From NCBI GenBank assembly GCA_964593365.1, contig CAZQGQ010000001.1:244585-308584 (forward strand): DNA of 64,000 nucleotides. Reading direction: 5' to 3'. Within the stretch, counting starts at the first letter, position 1. Each line of letters starts with the position of its first letter. This document shows positions 20,163-29,072 of the stretch, piece by piece. The position numbers and the translations under genes are program-made. The stretch is from an uncultured Candidatus Saccharibacteria bacterium (lineage in GTDB: Bacteria > Patescibacteriota > Minisyncoccia > Phycocordibacterales > Phycocordibacteraceae). The notes under the pieces are model-generated. The model saw nothing but the letters and a program-made list of their open reading frames with translations, did no database searches and was not told the origin of the DNA.

Positions 20163-20963
20163 ATGCGTCGAACGGCCGTTTTGTATAAGAGGGTAGGAGA
20201 GACTCCGCTCCAAGCTATCGGTGCCTGGAAGGCCAAGCATCCCGAGTACGCATCGGTGGTCGCCTGTTATGCCGGACGGCTCGACCCAATGGCCGACGGG
20301 AAGCTGCTCGTCTTATTTGGGGATGAGTGCAAGCGCCAAAAGCACTACACCGGACTTGATAAGGAATACGAGATTGAAGTGCTGCTTGATCTTGGAAGCG
20401 ATACGGGAGACGTGCTTGGGATTCCTGATCTTGCAAACCAAGAAACGCGCGTCGACCCTCTCGCGCTACATGGCATCTTGCAGAAAGAGAAGGGAAAACA
20501 CCTTCGCAAGTATCCGCTTTTCTCATCAAAGACCGTGAACGGGAAGCCATTGTTCTTGCACACGCTTGAAGAGAATACAGAGAACATCGATATTCCAGAA
20601 CATATCGAAGAGATCTATGCGATCAAGCTGCTAGAGGCATATCGATTGCCGCTGCTGCCGCTACGCACGCGCATCTTTGATCTCCTTTCGCTTGCGCCCC
20701 GTTCAGATGAGCCATCAAAAGCGTTAGGTGCTGATTTCCGGCAGGACGAGATTCGCGAGAAGTGGGGAATCCTCTTTAGCAAGCTCACGGATCGCGAATT
20801 CGCCGTCCTTCGCCTTCGGATCGCTTGTGGTTCAGGCACGTATATGCGCTCACTCGCTTCCCGCATAGGAGAGGCGTTGGGGAGCAAAGGACTCGCTCTT
20901 TCGATTAGACGCACCCGTATAGGCAGGTACGCATTCGGGCTTTGGTACACTACCTATATATAA
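20163..20963 (+). CDS. truB: tRNA pseudouridine(55) synthase TruB-like
   Basis: AGRLDPMADG (catalytic Asp), KEY, P.FSS..VNGKPL, GSGTYMRSL. Confidence 0.78.
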   Translation: MRRTAVLYKRVGETPLQAIGAWKAKHPEYASVVACYAGRLDPMADGKLLVLFGDECKRQKHYTGLDKEYEIEVLLDLGSDTGDVLGIPDLANQETRVDPLALHGILQKEKGKHLRKYPLFSSKTVNGKPLFLHTLEENTENIDIPEHIEEIYAIKLLEAYRLPLLPLRTRIFDLLSLAPRSDEPSKALGADFRQDEIREKWGILFSKLTDREFAVLRLRIACGSGTYMRSLASRIGEALGSKGLALSIRRTRIGRYAFGLWYTTYI

Positions 20964-20982
20964 GCTTTATATAACCGGACCT

Positions 20983-21423
20983 ATGACTCTTCCACACCTT
21001 ACTCCCTCATATGAACGCTGGGCTCCCGTTGTAGCGCGCGTGCTCTTCGGCGCCATGTTCTTGCACAGTGCCTACTATAAGATCCCAGGCACAGAGACGT
21101 TTGCAGGACAGGTTGAGATGTCTGCGGCTGTCGGCATCCCGTTTGCCATGATCGCCGTCACGCTCGCATTCATCCTTGAGGTAGTCGCTGGTATCGCGCT
21201 CATCATCGGCTGGAAGACCCGCACCTTCGCGGCGCTCCTTATTCTCTTTGTCATCCTCATTGCCTTCTTCTTCGGACGAAATCTCGCGGATATGACGCAG
21301 ATGATGACCTTCTTCGGCTGCCTTCAGATCATCGCAGGTCTCCTCTATGTCTCAGTGTATGGAGCGCAGCATGCGGCCGTCGCAGCATGCCCGCTACCAA
21401 GCGAGCTCACGAAGAAGATCTAG
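20983..21423 (+). CDS. DoxX family membrane protein
   Basis: ARVLFG.MF...YKI, EVVAGIALIIGWKTR. Confidence 0.82.
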   Translation: MTLPHLTPSYERWAPVVARVLFGAMFLHSAYYKIPGTETFAGQVEMSAAVGIPFAMIAVTLAFILEVVAGIALIIGWKTRTFAALLILFVILIAFFFGRNLADMTQMMTFFGCLQIIAGLLYVSVYGAQHAAVAACPLPSELTKKI

Positions 21424-22716
21424 CTAGAGCGCGAAGGGCTGCGAGAGCACCCAGAGCCCGAAGGCGGTATAGAAGACCATAAGCACGAGCATAGGGAGCT
21501 GGCTTAGTAGCGCGCGTCCTCGCTCGGGGAATTCGCGAAGCGCGACTTGGTGCGAGATATAGGCGGCAAAGGCGTGGCCAAACACGATGATGGCAAGCTG
21601 GACGTACCAGACGCGATCGGCGCTGATCATGATGCCAAGAGAATTCAGCATTAAGGAGAAGTAGTGCGCGAAGTGATAGGCGAAGGCTATCGGTATAAGC
21701 GAGTAGGCAAACAAGAGCATGTAGTCGCGAAGCGACTTTGATCCTCGTACCAGCTTCTTCATGGCAAGGAGCGCTCCTGCGTAAAGCGCATAAAAGCCCA
21801 CCGGGAAGAGGAGGAAAATAATAAAGGAGGTCACGAACCAATCCGTCTTCAACAGATCGATAATCAGCGTTGCCATGGTCTCGGTTTCCCGGAAGCCGTC
21901 GAAAGCCGTTGCGGCAAGCGCAAAGAGAATGAATGCGAGAAGCGAGAGAGTAACGGGAGCTTCGTTTACGAGGCGAGAGACGGGGGAAGAAGTCGTTACC
22001 GATTGCTGCCCTACTCTCACTGGCGCCAGTTTTCCGGCAAGCGCGAAAAAGACTGAGAAGAACTCAGCATGCTCAAACCACACCTTCGTGCCGTAGCGGA
22101 TACTCCCGATATTGAGATAGGCAATATAGAGGAGGACGATGATAGCTAGAACCCGCGGAGTCGTCCCAAACACCGGGAAGAAGAGCTCGAGCACGATAAG
22201 GAGCACATAACCAATGAGCGCCGGCAGATACCCATGCTTCCATGGACGTTTGCCTGGCTGCGATTCTGGCTGCACGTTATCGACAATGATCTTAAAGGGA
22301 TTTCCAAGTTCCCAAATACCGCTGACGAGCATCGAGACATAGGGCACGATTAGCACGAGCCCGATCCAAAAGAGATAAGGAAATACGTTTTCCGATGCGC
22401 TTTGATTGCCAAAGAGCCCGAGCATAATGCCTATACCTAGCGCCCCGCCAAGCACGAGTTCGATAGCCACTACGAGCGGATTCCAGATGCGCTTAGGAAT
22501 CGCTGTCGTACGAGCGCTTTCTATAGAGCGCTCAGGCCCTGCAAAGACAAGGAGCGCGCACGAGACGATGAAGGCAGCTACGCCTCCAAGGACATAGAAG
22601 GTTACGGGAAGCGGCAGCGAGTATTGCTGGCCGAAGGCATGCGCGTTTGCAGCAAGCGGAAGGCCTGCAAGTGCGACGACGGCTGCTATGGGTAGCGAGT
22701 TACGGAAGAACTTCAA
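21424..22716 (-). CDS. Polytopic membrane protein of a copper-associated cluster
   Basis: AHAFGQQYSLPLP N-terminus, FDGFRET, SLIPIAFAYHFAHY, IVFGH, LMVFYT. Confidence 0.7.
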   Translation of the reverse strand: MKFFRNSLPIAAVVALAGLPLAANAHAFGQQYSLPLPVTFYVLGGVAAFIVSCALLVFAGPERSIESARTTAIPKRIWNPLVVAIELVLGGALGIGIMLGLFGNQSASENVFPYLFWIGLVLIVPYVSMLVSGIWELGNPFKIIVDNVQPESQPGKRPWKHGYLPALIGYVLLIVLELFFPVFGTTPRVLAIIVLLYIAYLNIGSIRYGTKVWFEHAEFFSVFFALAGKLAPVRVGQQSVTTSSPVSRLVNEAPVTLSLLAFILFALAATAFDGFRETETMATLIIDLLKTDWFVTSFIIFLLFPVGFYALYAGALLAMKKLVRGSKSLRDYMLLFAYSLIPIAFAYHFAHYFSLMLNSLGIMISADRVWYVQLAIIVFGHAFAAYISHQVALREFPERGRALLSQLPMLVLMVFYTAFGLWVLSQPFAL

Positions 22717-23059
22717 GGGTTGCTATTTCCGTCTTCGATCCTTCAAGCTCGGTATGGAACCTGCCTGCGGTGTCTGCGAGGAAGGTGAGGGAAGCTTCTA
22801 CGTTTGGCTCAAGGTCAACACTTCGATCATAACCGTGCACATGGAACTCTTCCGCTTCGTCTGCCGTGACGCGGATCGTGACCATGGTGCCTTTCTTTAC
22901 TGTCATGACCTCGGGACCATCAACGAGTGCTTTTCCTGAAACGCGAAGAACGAATTCTGTTGAGGTGCTAGTTGCCTCTTCAGATTTTGGCGCTTGCGTG
23001 AAGTAGTAGGCTCCGCCAAGGATAAGAACTAGTACAACGATAAGTACAGTGATTTTCAT
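22700..23059 (-). CDS. Cupredoxin-like domain protein
   Basis: N-terminal anchor, VKKG..V.I.VTAD..EEFHVHGYD, F.ADTAGRF..E. Confidence 0.75.
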   Translation of the reverse strand: MKITVLIVVLVLILGGAYYFTQAPKSEEATSTSTEFVLRVSGKALVDGPEVMTVKKGTMVTIRVTADEAEEFHVHGYDRSVDLEPNVEASLTFLADTAGRFHTELEGSKTEIATLEVLP

Positions 23060-23063
23060 AGAG

Positions 23064-23657
23064 TTAGGCTTGCTTGCGTGAGGACATCCAAAGCGCCGCT
23101 CCTGAGGCAAGCAGAGCGATGATCGAGAGGATCAGTGAAGTGTTTCCGGAGGCATCCTGTTCCTCTCCGGCGTTTTGCGCGACGTCTGTTACCGAATACG
23201 GGTTCGTGACTTCTTCTTCGTCATGCTCTCCTCCATGCCCGGCAGGATCTTGGTCCCAAGCGACTCGCTCACCGTCCGCGTATGTCTGGTACACCTTCCA
23301 TATAAGAGTGCCGTCTTCTGCAGGGGTTCGCGCGGTGAAGGCAAAGGTGTCTTTCTGTCCTTCGGGAATCGCGCCTCCTGTCCAGCGTATCTGCGTCACG
23401 CGGTCATCTGCGTCTTTGGTCGTGCTTACGCGCCATCCTGGCTTAACAAAAGGAGTCACCCGATCAAGGGTCACGGGAACATCAAGAACGATATCGATTG
23501 TTGAAACCTCTCGCTCTGTCGGAACGCTCACGCTGAAGGTTTCGTATTTAGATGTTGCCGTCTGGGACGGAGAGACGCTTGAGTGCGCGCTTACCAGAGA
23601 AGGGAAAGCGGAAACGGTCATAGCCACAAGCAAGAAGAACGATACGGAAGATCTCAT
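23064..23657 (-). CDS. YcnI/DUF1775 family copper-binding protein
   Basis: SAH.SV.P, VPTER, PGW, W...QTYADG..V.W, C-terminal TM. Confidence 0.85.
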   Translation of the reverse strand: MRSSVSFFLLVAMTVSAFPSLVSAHSSVSPSQTATSKYETFSVSVPTEREVSTIDIVLDVPVTLDRVTPFVKPGWRVSTTKDADDRVTQIRWTGGAIPEGQKDTFAFTARTPAEDGTLIWKVYQTYADGERVAWDQDPAGHGGEHDEEEVTNPYSVTDVAQNAGEEQDASGNTSLILSIIALLASGAALWMSSRKQA

Positions 23658-23729
23658 GATGGTCAAAGGAAAATAAGAATAATACCGAACCAGTGTATCA
23701 AATGAATACGGGGAAACCAGACAGGAGCA

Positions 23730-25058
23730 TCAGGCACTTGCAGGAGCCGTTGCTGGCTCTTCTTTCTGTGTGAGATAGCGCTCAGAAAGCTGGCGGTAGT
23801 ACTTGGATTTGAAGGCAAGCAGTGACGCAATGACGCCAATGATACCCGCGAGTGTGAACACGAGCGCGATGCCGCGATCAGGACCGGTACCAAACCAGTC
23901 CCCGATCAAGGCAGCGCCAGCGCCGGTCGTCATGAGCGGAATGAAGAAGAATTGGGTGAGCGGTCCGATAATGAACGCGGTTAAAGGAGAGGCAGACTGC
24001 TCCACGCTTTGTGCGAACCCGAACACCCGTCCCTGACGCTCGAGCGGAACGACTTTCTGCAGAGTCGTCTGTTCAGCGGCTTCTGCGTATGGGCTTATGA
24101 GAAACCAAATAAAGCAGCCTGCCGCAAGCAAGATGATAGAAGGCTGGATGGTAAACACGCAGCACACCGACCATGCGATCACGTTTACCGTGAGGAGCGT
24201 TTTGAGAGGGTTCTTGCCAAGACCCGTCTTCGCGATCACGATGCCGCTCAGGATGAAAGCGGTACTAAGGAAACCGAAGAGCAGACCCCACATCTCAACT
24301 GATACGAGCGAGAGACCGTAGGCATCCATGAGCGCCATGAAGATGCCCCCAAGAAAGTTGTTGAAGGTGCTAAAGAGAATGAGGGCGATGAGGCCCGGCA
24401 CGCCAAGAACGATGCGGAGCGTGCCTTTCAGATCAAGTCGCTTGGGTTCGGCGTTTGCTGAAGCGCGCGGGTGCTCTTCAGGAACGCGAATGAACAAGAG
24501 ATGCAGGAAGGCAAGCGCAGTTAACGCTAGCGCGAACAAAAGCGCGTAGTGCATCCCGCCCCAGGCGACCAGAAAACCGCTGATGACAGACGTCGTCAGA
24601 AAGCCGATGCCGTTCACCATGCCGACAAGTCCGTTTGCCTTGTCTCGCCGGTCCTCGGGGACGAGGATGGTCACGAGCGTTGAAAGCGAGATAGATCGTA
24701 TGTTCCCGGCCATAACCCCAAGCATCACGATAACGACAAAGAGCCAGAGCCAGGGGCCGTACACCTCCGCTATGCGCTCAGGGGTTGCGACCTGGAGCAC
24801 CATGAAGGCGAGCCCGTAGAACAGGAAGGAAACGAGACTCGAGCCAAGCATGACTCGTTTTTTACGATGGTGGTCGACGATGCTTCCGAGCCAGAATCCT
24901 GTCCCAGCGGTCACTACCAAATAGAGCCCTGCGATCATGCCGGTGGCGAACACTGACTGGGTCTCTAGATAGACGTAGAAGGTAAGCGCGAACCAGACGG
25001 TAAAGTTCGTGATCGATGCGACAAGATTATTCCCGAGGACATGGTGAAAAGCTCCCAT
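23730..25058 (-). CDS. MFS transporter
   Basis: About 12 TM segments, GSIVDH..KK, RQGRVFGFAQS. Confidence 0.88.
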   Translation of the reverse strand: MGAFHHVLGNNLVASITNFTVWFALTFYVYLETQSVFATGMIAGLYLVVTAGTGFWLGSIVDHHRKKRVMLGSSLVSFLFYGLAFMVLQVATPERIAEVYGPWLWLFVVIVMLGVMAGNIRSISLSTLVTILVPEDRRDKANGLVGMVNGIGFLTTSVISGFLVAWGGMHYALLFALALTALAFLHLLFIRVPEEHPRASANAEPKRLDLKGTLRIVLGVPGLIALILFSTFNNFLGGIFMALMDAYGLSLVSVEMWGLLFGFLSTAFILSGIVIAKTGLGKNPLKTLLTVNVIAWSVCCVFTIQPSIILLAAGCFIWFLISPYAEAAEQTTLQKVVPLERQGRVFGFAQSVEQSASPLTAFIIGPLTQFFFIPLMTTGAGAALIGDWFGTGPDRGIALVFTLAGIIGVIASLLAFKSKYYRQLSERYLTQKEEPATAPASA

Positions 25059-25162
25059 CATTTTATCGGAGCATCATACCATTTGGGCTTTTTGCGACGG
25101 GAGAGCACAGTCGCAGGCTACGCAAAACGGCTCTCGAAGTATCGAAAGCCGCTTTGCTTTGT

Positions 25163-25237
25163 TGGTGACCCCACGGGGAATCGAACCCCGATTTCCTGCG
25201 TGAAAGGCGGGCGTCCTAACCGTTAGACGATGGGGCC
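25163..25237 (-). tRNA. tRNA-Glu (TTC), CCA encoded
   Basis: GGCCCCATCGTCTAACGGTTAGGAC...CTTTCAC...GGTTCGATTCCCCGTGGGGTCACCA. Confidence 0.94.
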
Positions 25238-25295
25238 TTCACGAACTTGGCCATCCTAGCATTTTTTACCCCATAAATGCTAGGATTGCCCCATT

Positions 25296-25382
25296 GGAGA
25301 GGTGGCAGAGTGGTCGAATGCACCGGTTTCGAAAACCGGCAGGGGCGAAAGTTCCTCGGGAGTTCGAATCTCCCCCTCTCCG
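25296..25382 (+). tRNA. tRNA-Ser (CGA), long variable arm
   Basis: GGAGAGG/CCTCTCC acceptor; CCGGT-TTCGAAA-ACCGG. Confidence 0.95.
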
Positions 25383-25385
25383 CCT

Positions 25386-26036
25386 TTAAGGGCGAATCCG
25401 TATGACGCGAGAAAAGAGATAGGCGCCAAGTATAAAGCAGACGCTGCCTATGACTATCGGGGCAGCCAAAAAGATGCTGCTTGTCGAGCTATCAAGCGAC
25501 GAGCCGATAAGGACCAGGAGCACAGAACCGACGGCTGAAAGCGGGAAGAGTATCACTATAAAGGTGAGATAGGGAATCCGTGAAAGACCGGCAGCGTAGC
25601 TGATGAGCTCAGGCATTCCGAAGAACGTAATATAGGTGTAGAAGAGTCCTCGCACCGTCGCTACCTGCGCAATGATGCGCGAGAAGAGACTATCCTTTTG
25701 CGTATCGACAAGTGACCGGATAGCGGGATAGCCAAGCTTCCTGGCTAGCCAGAAAGAAATGGTGAAGCCTATGAAGTCGCCGACCAGCGAATAGATGACT
25801 CCTGGCCAAAACCCGAACACCAGTCCCGCAAACGGATACAAGGGACTTCCGGCAAGCGGAACAACGACGATGGTCGAGGCCTTGAGCAGTATGAAGATGA
25901 GCGGAGCCGCGATCCCTGCTGCTTCGACAGCCTGCTTGATCGCATCAATGCCAACGAAAGCGTAGGCCAGGGCAAAGGCCCCAAGCCCGAGAGCGAGGCT
26001 TATAAGCCCAGCGTATCCGCGTCCCTTGGTTCCCAT
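25386..26036 (-). CDS. TVP38/DedA (VTT domain) membrane protein
   Basis: VVPLAGSP..AGLVFGFW.G, FWLARKLG, ISYAAGLS. Confidence 0.82.
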   Translation of the reverse strand: MGTKGRGYAGLISLALGLGAFALAYAFVGIDAIKQAVEAAGIAAPLIFILLKASTIVVVPLAGSPLYPFAGLVFGFWPGVIYSLVGDFIGFTISFWLARKLGYPAIRSLVDTQKDSLFSRIIAQVATVRGLFYTYITFFGMPELISYAAGLSRIPYLTFIVILFPLSAVGSVLLVLIGSSLDSSTSSIFLAAPIVIGSVCFILGAYLFSRVIRIRP

Positions 26037-26132
26037 ATGCTAAGTATAGATCAGGAAGTAAAAGCACATTCTGGAATCGCGTCCTGAAGCAATTTCCACA
26101 AAGGCACAGAGCTCATATATACTTTTCAAATC

Positions 26133-27341
26133 ATGGGCCAGAACAAACCCGAAGCATGCGAGGAGTGCGGCTCAGACGCCGTCTATCATCGCCTCACCTA
26201 TATAACGGTCGCGATCGACGAGGCATGCAAGCCGCTGTTTATGCCAGGACCTATCACGCGCTTTTTCGCGCGCGGCATTCTTGCCGTCGAACGGGTCGTG
26301 ACTCCAAGCATCTTCGAGTTCCTTATTAGCGTTGGTATCGCGAAGGTAGAGAAGTCCCCTGACGACGATACGATTCTTCTAGCCAAAGTGCTCTGGGAGG
26401 AGGCAGATAAGCGGGGCATCGATATGCTCGAGATCCGACTCTTTGGCCTTGCCAGGAATCTCTTCCTCGCACGCTTGCCTGACGGGCGCAAAATGGTCTT
26501 TGAAGGCATCCCGCTCCCATCTTCGAGCATCCGCCAGGCCTGGTGGCTCGATAACAAGGCAGAGATGAAGCGGCGCTTCAAGAAGGTAGGCATCCCGGTA
26601 GCAGCGGGAGGATCTGCGCTCACTAAGGAAGGCGCCAAGAGAATCTACAAGAAGCTCGTGCCTCCGGTAATTGAGAAGCCCTATTCGGGTTCCGCATCGC
26701 GGCATACCACGCTCCACATTGAAAACGAGGAAGAGCTGCTTCGCGCCTTTGCTGTCGCAACGCAGGTAGCGCCCCTCGCGATCATCGAGGAAGAGCTTAC
26801 GGGTCCGGTGTACCGGGCAACGGTCGTTGATGGGAAGCTGGAGGGCGTGATACGACGCGATCAACCCCATGTGATTGGTGACGGGGTGCACACTATCGAC
26901 GAGTTAGTGGCTGAGGCGAACAAGCACCCTGCGCGAGGCGGACCGTACTTCTCCAAGATGACCACGACGACCCCGGCTAATGTTGCCGAGCTTGCCTGGC
27001 AGTCTCTTTCGCCTTCAAGCGTCCCGGAGAAGGATAGGCGCGCAACGCTTCACCAGAAGATCAACTGGAGCGTTGGCGGAACGACCGCAGACGTCACTGA
27101 TGAGACGCATCCGGACAATGCGGAGCTGTTTGCGCGAGTTGCGAAGGTTCTTCGCTCGCCGATGGTCGGTCTGGACTTCATTATTGGCGACATTGGTCGC
27201 TCATGGAAGGAGCAGGAGCGCTGCGGCGTCATTGAATGCAACAGCATGCCGTTCTTCGATAACCACCACCTGCCGTTTGAGGGAAAGCCCCGAAATGTCG
27301 CGGGGGCCATCTGGGATATGGTCTCGTTCCGCAAGGGTTGA
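26133..27341 (+). CDS. ATP-grasp ligase resembling the cyanophycin synthetase/GshAB ATP-grasp domain
   Basis: DNK..MK..F...GIPV, VIEKP, IIEE, YRATVVDG, PHVIGDGVHTI.EL, GLDFI, VIECNSMP. Confidence 0.78.
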   Translation: MGQNKPEACEECGSDAVYHRLTYITVAIDEACKPLFMPGPITRFFARGILAVERVVTPSIFEFLISVGIAKVEKSPDDDTILLAKVLWEEADKRGIDMLEIRLFGLARNLFLARLPDGRKMVFEGIPLPSSSIRQAWWLDNKAEMKRRFKKVGIPVAAGGSALTKEGAKRIYKKLVPPVIEKPYSGSASRHTTLHIENEEELLRAFAVATQVAPLAIIEEELTGPVYRATVVDGKLEGVIRRDQPHVIGDGVHTIDELVAEANKHPARGGPYFSKMTTTTPANVAELAWQSLSPSSVPEKDRRATLHQKINWSVGGTTADVTDETHPDNAELFARVAKVLRSPMVGLDFIIGDIGRSWKEQERCGVIECNSMPFFDNHHLPFEGKPRNVAGAIWDMVSFRKG

Positions 27342-27453
27342 TGGAAGGGAGTATTCGCGTTACCCTTATCCCTACAGGTCGAAACCATTGCCAGCTAACG
27401 CCTGGATGGTCTTATTTTTTACTCTAAAAATATGGCCATGCAACTACACCAAC

Positions 27454-27546
27454 ATGATTGATGAAATCCCTATGGACGTACCGGCAACGGATCTGCCTGA
27501 TGAGGCTCCCGTAGCTACTCCTGAAGAAGGCGCAGCAGCTGAATAA
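27454..27546 (+). CDS. 30-aa acidic Pro/Ala-rich peptide (start not called in the ORF track)
   Basis: MIDEIPMDVPATDLPDEAPVATPEEGAAAE*, directly followed by a strong hairpin. Confidence 0.55.
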   Translation: MIDEIPMDVPATDLPDEAPVATPEEGAAAE

Positions 27547-27558
27547 GCTTTTGCTCAA

Positions 27559-27595
27559 CAGAAAACCCCGCACGACTCTCGTGCGGGGTTTTCTG
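27559..27595. terminator. Bidirectional terminator
   Basis: CAGAAAACCCCGCACGA-CTC-TCGTGCGGGGTTTTCTG between convergent genes. Confidence 0.85.
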
Positions 27596-27605
27596 CGTCT
27601 AAGCC

Positions 27606-28529
27606 TTATCGGGTCTTCAGGTGGACGTAGATGTCCTCAAGCGCCTTCACGGCGTCTCCTGCGGCAATATTGTTCTGGTGGTAGAGCTCGTCGGTACAGT
27701 CTCCTGCGGCCCAGACCCCGTCCACTGAGGTGTGCTGGTTCTTAGGGTCAGTAATGACACGTCCTACGTCATCGAGCTTTATGAGGTCCTTAGCGAACTC
27801 GGTGTTAGGCGTGACGCCTATCTCTACGAAGATGCCGGTGACCGGAAGCTCGGTCAGGGCGCCCGTGTCCGCATCTTTGACGACAAGCCCTGATACGAAC
27901 TTCTCGCCCTTCACTTCAAGCGGAATGGTATTAGGAAGCGCGCGCATGTTCGGGTGGGCGAGCACACGTTCGATGGTGATAGCGTCAGCCTTATAGCTGT
28001 GGCGGCGATGGATCATGGTCACTGATTTCGCGTACGCAAGAAGCTGGGCAGCGGTCTCAAATCCTGCGTTCCCGCCTCCGATAACGGCAACATCCTGTCC
28101 TGCAAAGAGGGGTCCATCGCACGAGGCGCAATAGGTCACTCCCTTATTCTCAAAGGCATCAGCCCCAGGAACGATAAGCTTCTTCCGGTTCGCTCCGGAC
28201 GCTATGAGGACGGCACGAGCAGTGAACTGCTTCCCGTCTCCCGTGGTTGCCATAAAGCCTTCGTCTTTTTGAGAGAGCTTGGTAACGCGCTCCCCGATGA
28301 TCGTTTCCACCTTGTCGCTTTTGTACGCTTCAAGATGCGCCTTTAGGTTCTTAGCAAGATCAGCGCCAGGAATAGAGACGGTACCGATCCAGTTCTCGAT
28401 TCCTTCAGACACGGTTGATTGCCCGCCAATCTCTTCGGCAATAAGGACACTCTTCAAATGTTTTCGTGCGGCATACACTCCTGCAGCAACTCCTGCGGGC
28501 CCGCCGCCGATAATGATCAGATCGTTCAT
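27606..28529 (-). CDS. trxB: Thioredoxin reductase (TrxB/AhpF C-terminal-like)
   Basis: GGGPAG, YCASCDG, GGGNAG, WAAGD. Confidence 0.88.
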   Translation of the reverse strand: MNDLIIIGGGPAGVAAGVYAARKHLKSVLIAEEIGGQSTVSEGIENWIGTVSIPGADLAKNLKAHLEAYKSDKVETIIGERVTKLSQKDEGFMATTGDGKQFTARAVLIASGANRKKLIVPGADAFENKGVTYCASCDGPLFAGQDVAVIGGGNAGFETAAQLLAYAKSVTMIHRRHSYKADAITIERVLAHPNMRALPNTIPLEVKGEKFVSGLVVKDADTGALTELPVTGIFVEIGVTPNTEFAKDLIKLDDVGRVITDPKNQHTSVDGVWAAGDCTDELYHQNNIAAGDAVKALEDIYVHLKTR

Positions 28530-28612
28530 AGAGGCTCTTAGTATACTCGTAAACAAAAAGCGCTGCACGTTGGTCTGTGCAGCGCTCCCCGTTAAGCTTT
28601 CAAGATGCCGAG

Positions 28613-28984
28613 TTATACGTAAACCCGACGTCGCGAGAGCTTCACGCGGATAGAGTCAGGAAGGTTTCCGACACTGACAGAGAACTTCGAACGGGCTTCG
28701 CGAGCTCGCACGACCGCTTGTTCCGCATATTTTATATCTGCGGCTAGGGATTGCTCCCGCGATATAACGTATTCCAGCACTTCTCTCGCTGGAACTTTGC
28801 GAACCAGCACCCATCCTTTAAGTCCTTCGTGCCAACTATGATCCGTAAGACCATAGTATTGGGTCGGTTTGCCACGGTCCTTTTTGATTACAATGAACAG
28901 GCCTTCGCAATGTCCTTCGTCGCCTATAGCTTCGAAGAACAAAACGTCGCCTCTCCGAATCCTCGGACACTTTCTCTGTGACAT
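28613..28984 (-). CDS. Orphan hypothetical protein
   Basis: 123-aa ORF with GAGGAG SD, its own TTGACA-17-TAGTCT promoter and a downstream hairpin at 28559-28586. Confidence 0.6.
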   Translation of the reverse strand: MSQRKCPRIRRGDVLFFEAIGDEGHCEGLFIVIKKDRGKPTQYYGLTDHSWHEGLKGWVLVRKVPAREVLEYVISREQSLAADIKYAEQAVVRAREARSKFSVSVGNLPDSIRVKLSRRRVYV

Positions 28985-29013
28985 GTGATGCTCCTCTGCT
29001 GCCTCACAAAAAT

Positions 29014-29042
29014 AGACTACGCCCGGGTATGTGGCATGTCAA
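29014..29042 (-). promoter_or_regulatory. Sigma70-type promoter of orphan 28613-28984
   Basis: TTGACA-N17-TAGTCT on the minus strand. Confidence 0.6.
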
Positions 29043-29072
29043 AAACAAACCCCGCAGAGGCGGGGTTGTGTC

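Noticed and set aside
26068-26086. TGGAATCGCGTCCT resembling the site core
   Set aside because: Lies between divergent gene starts rather than after a stop; partial match only.
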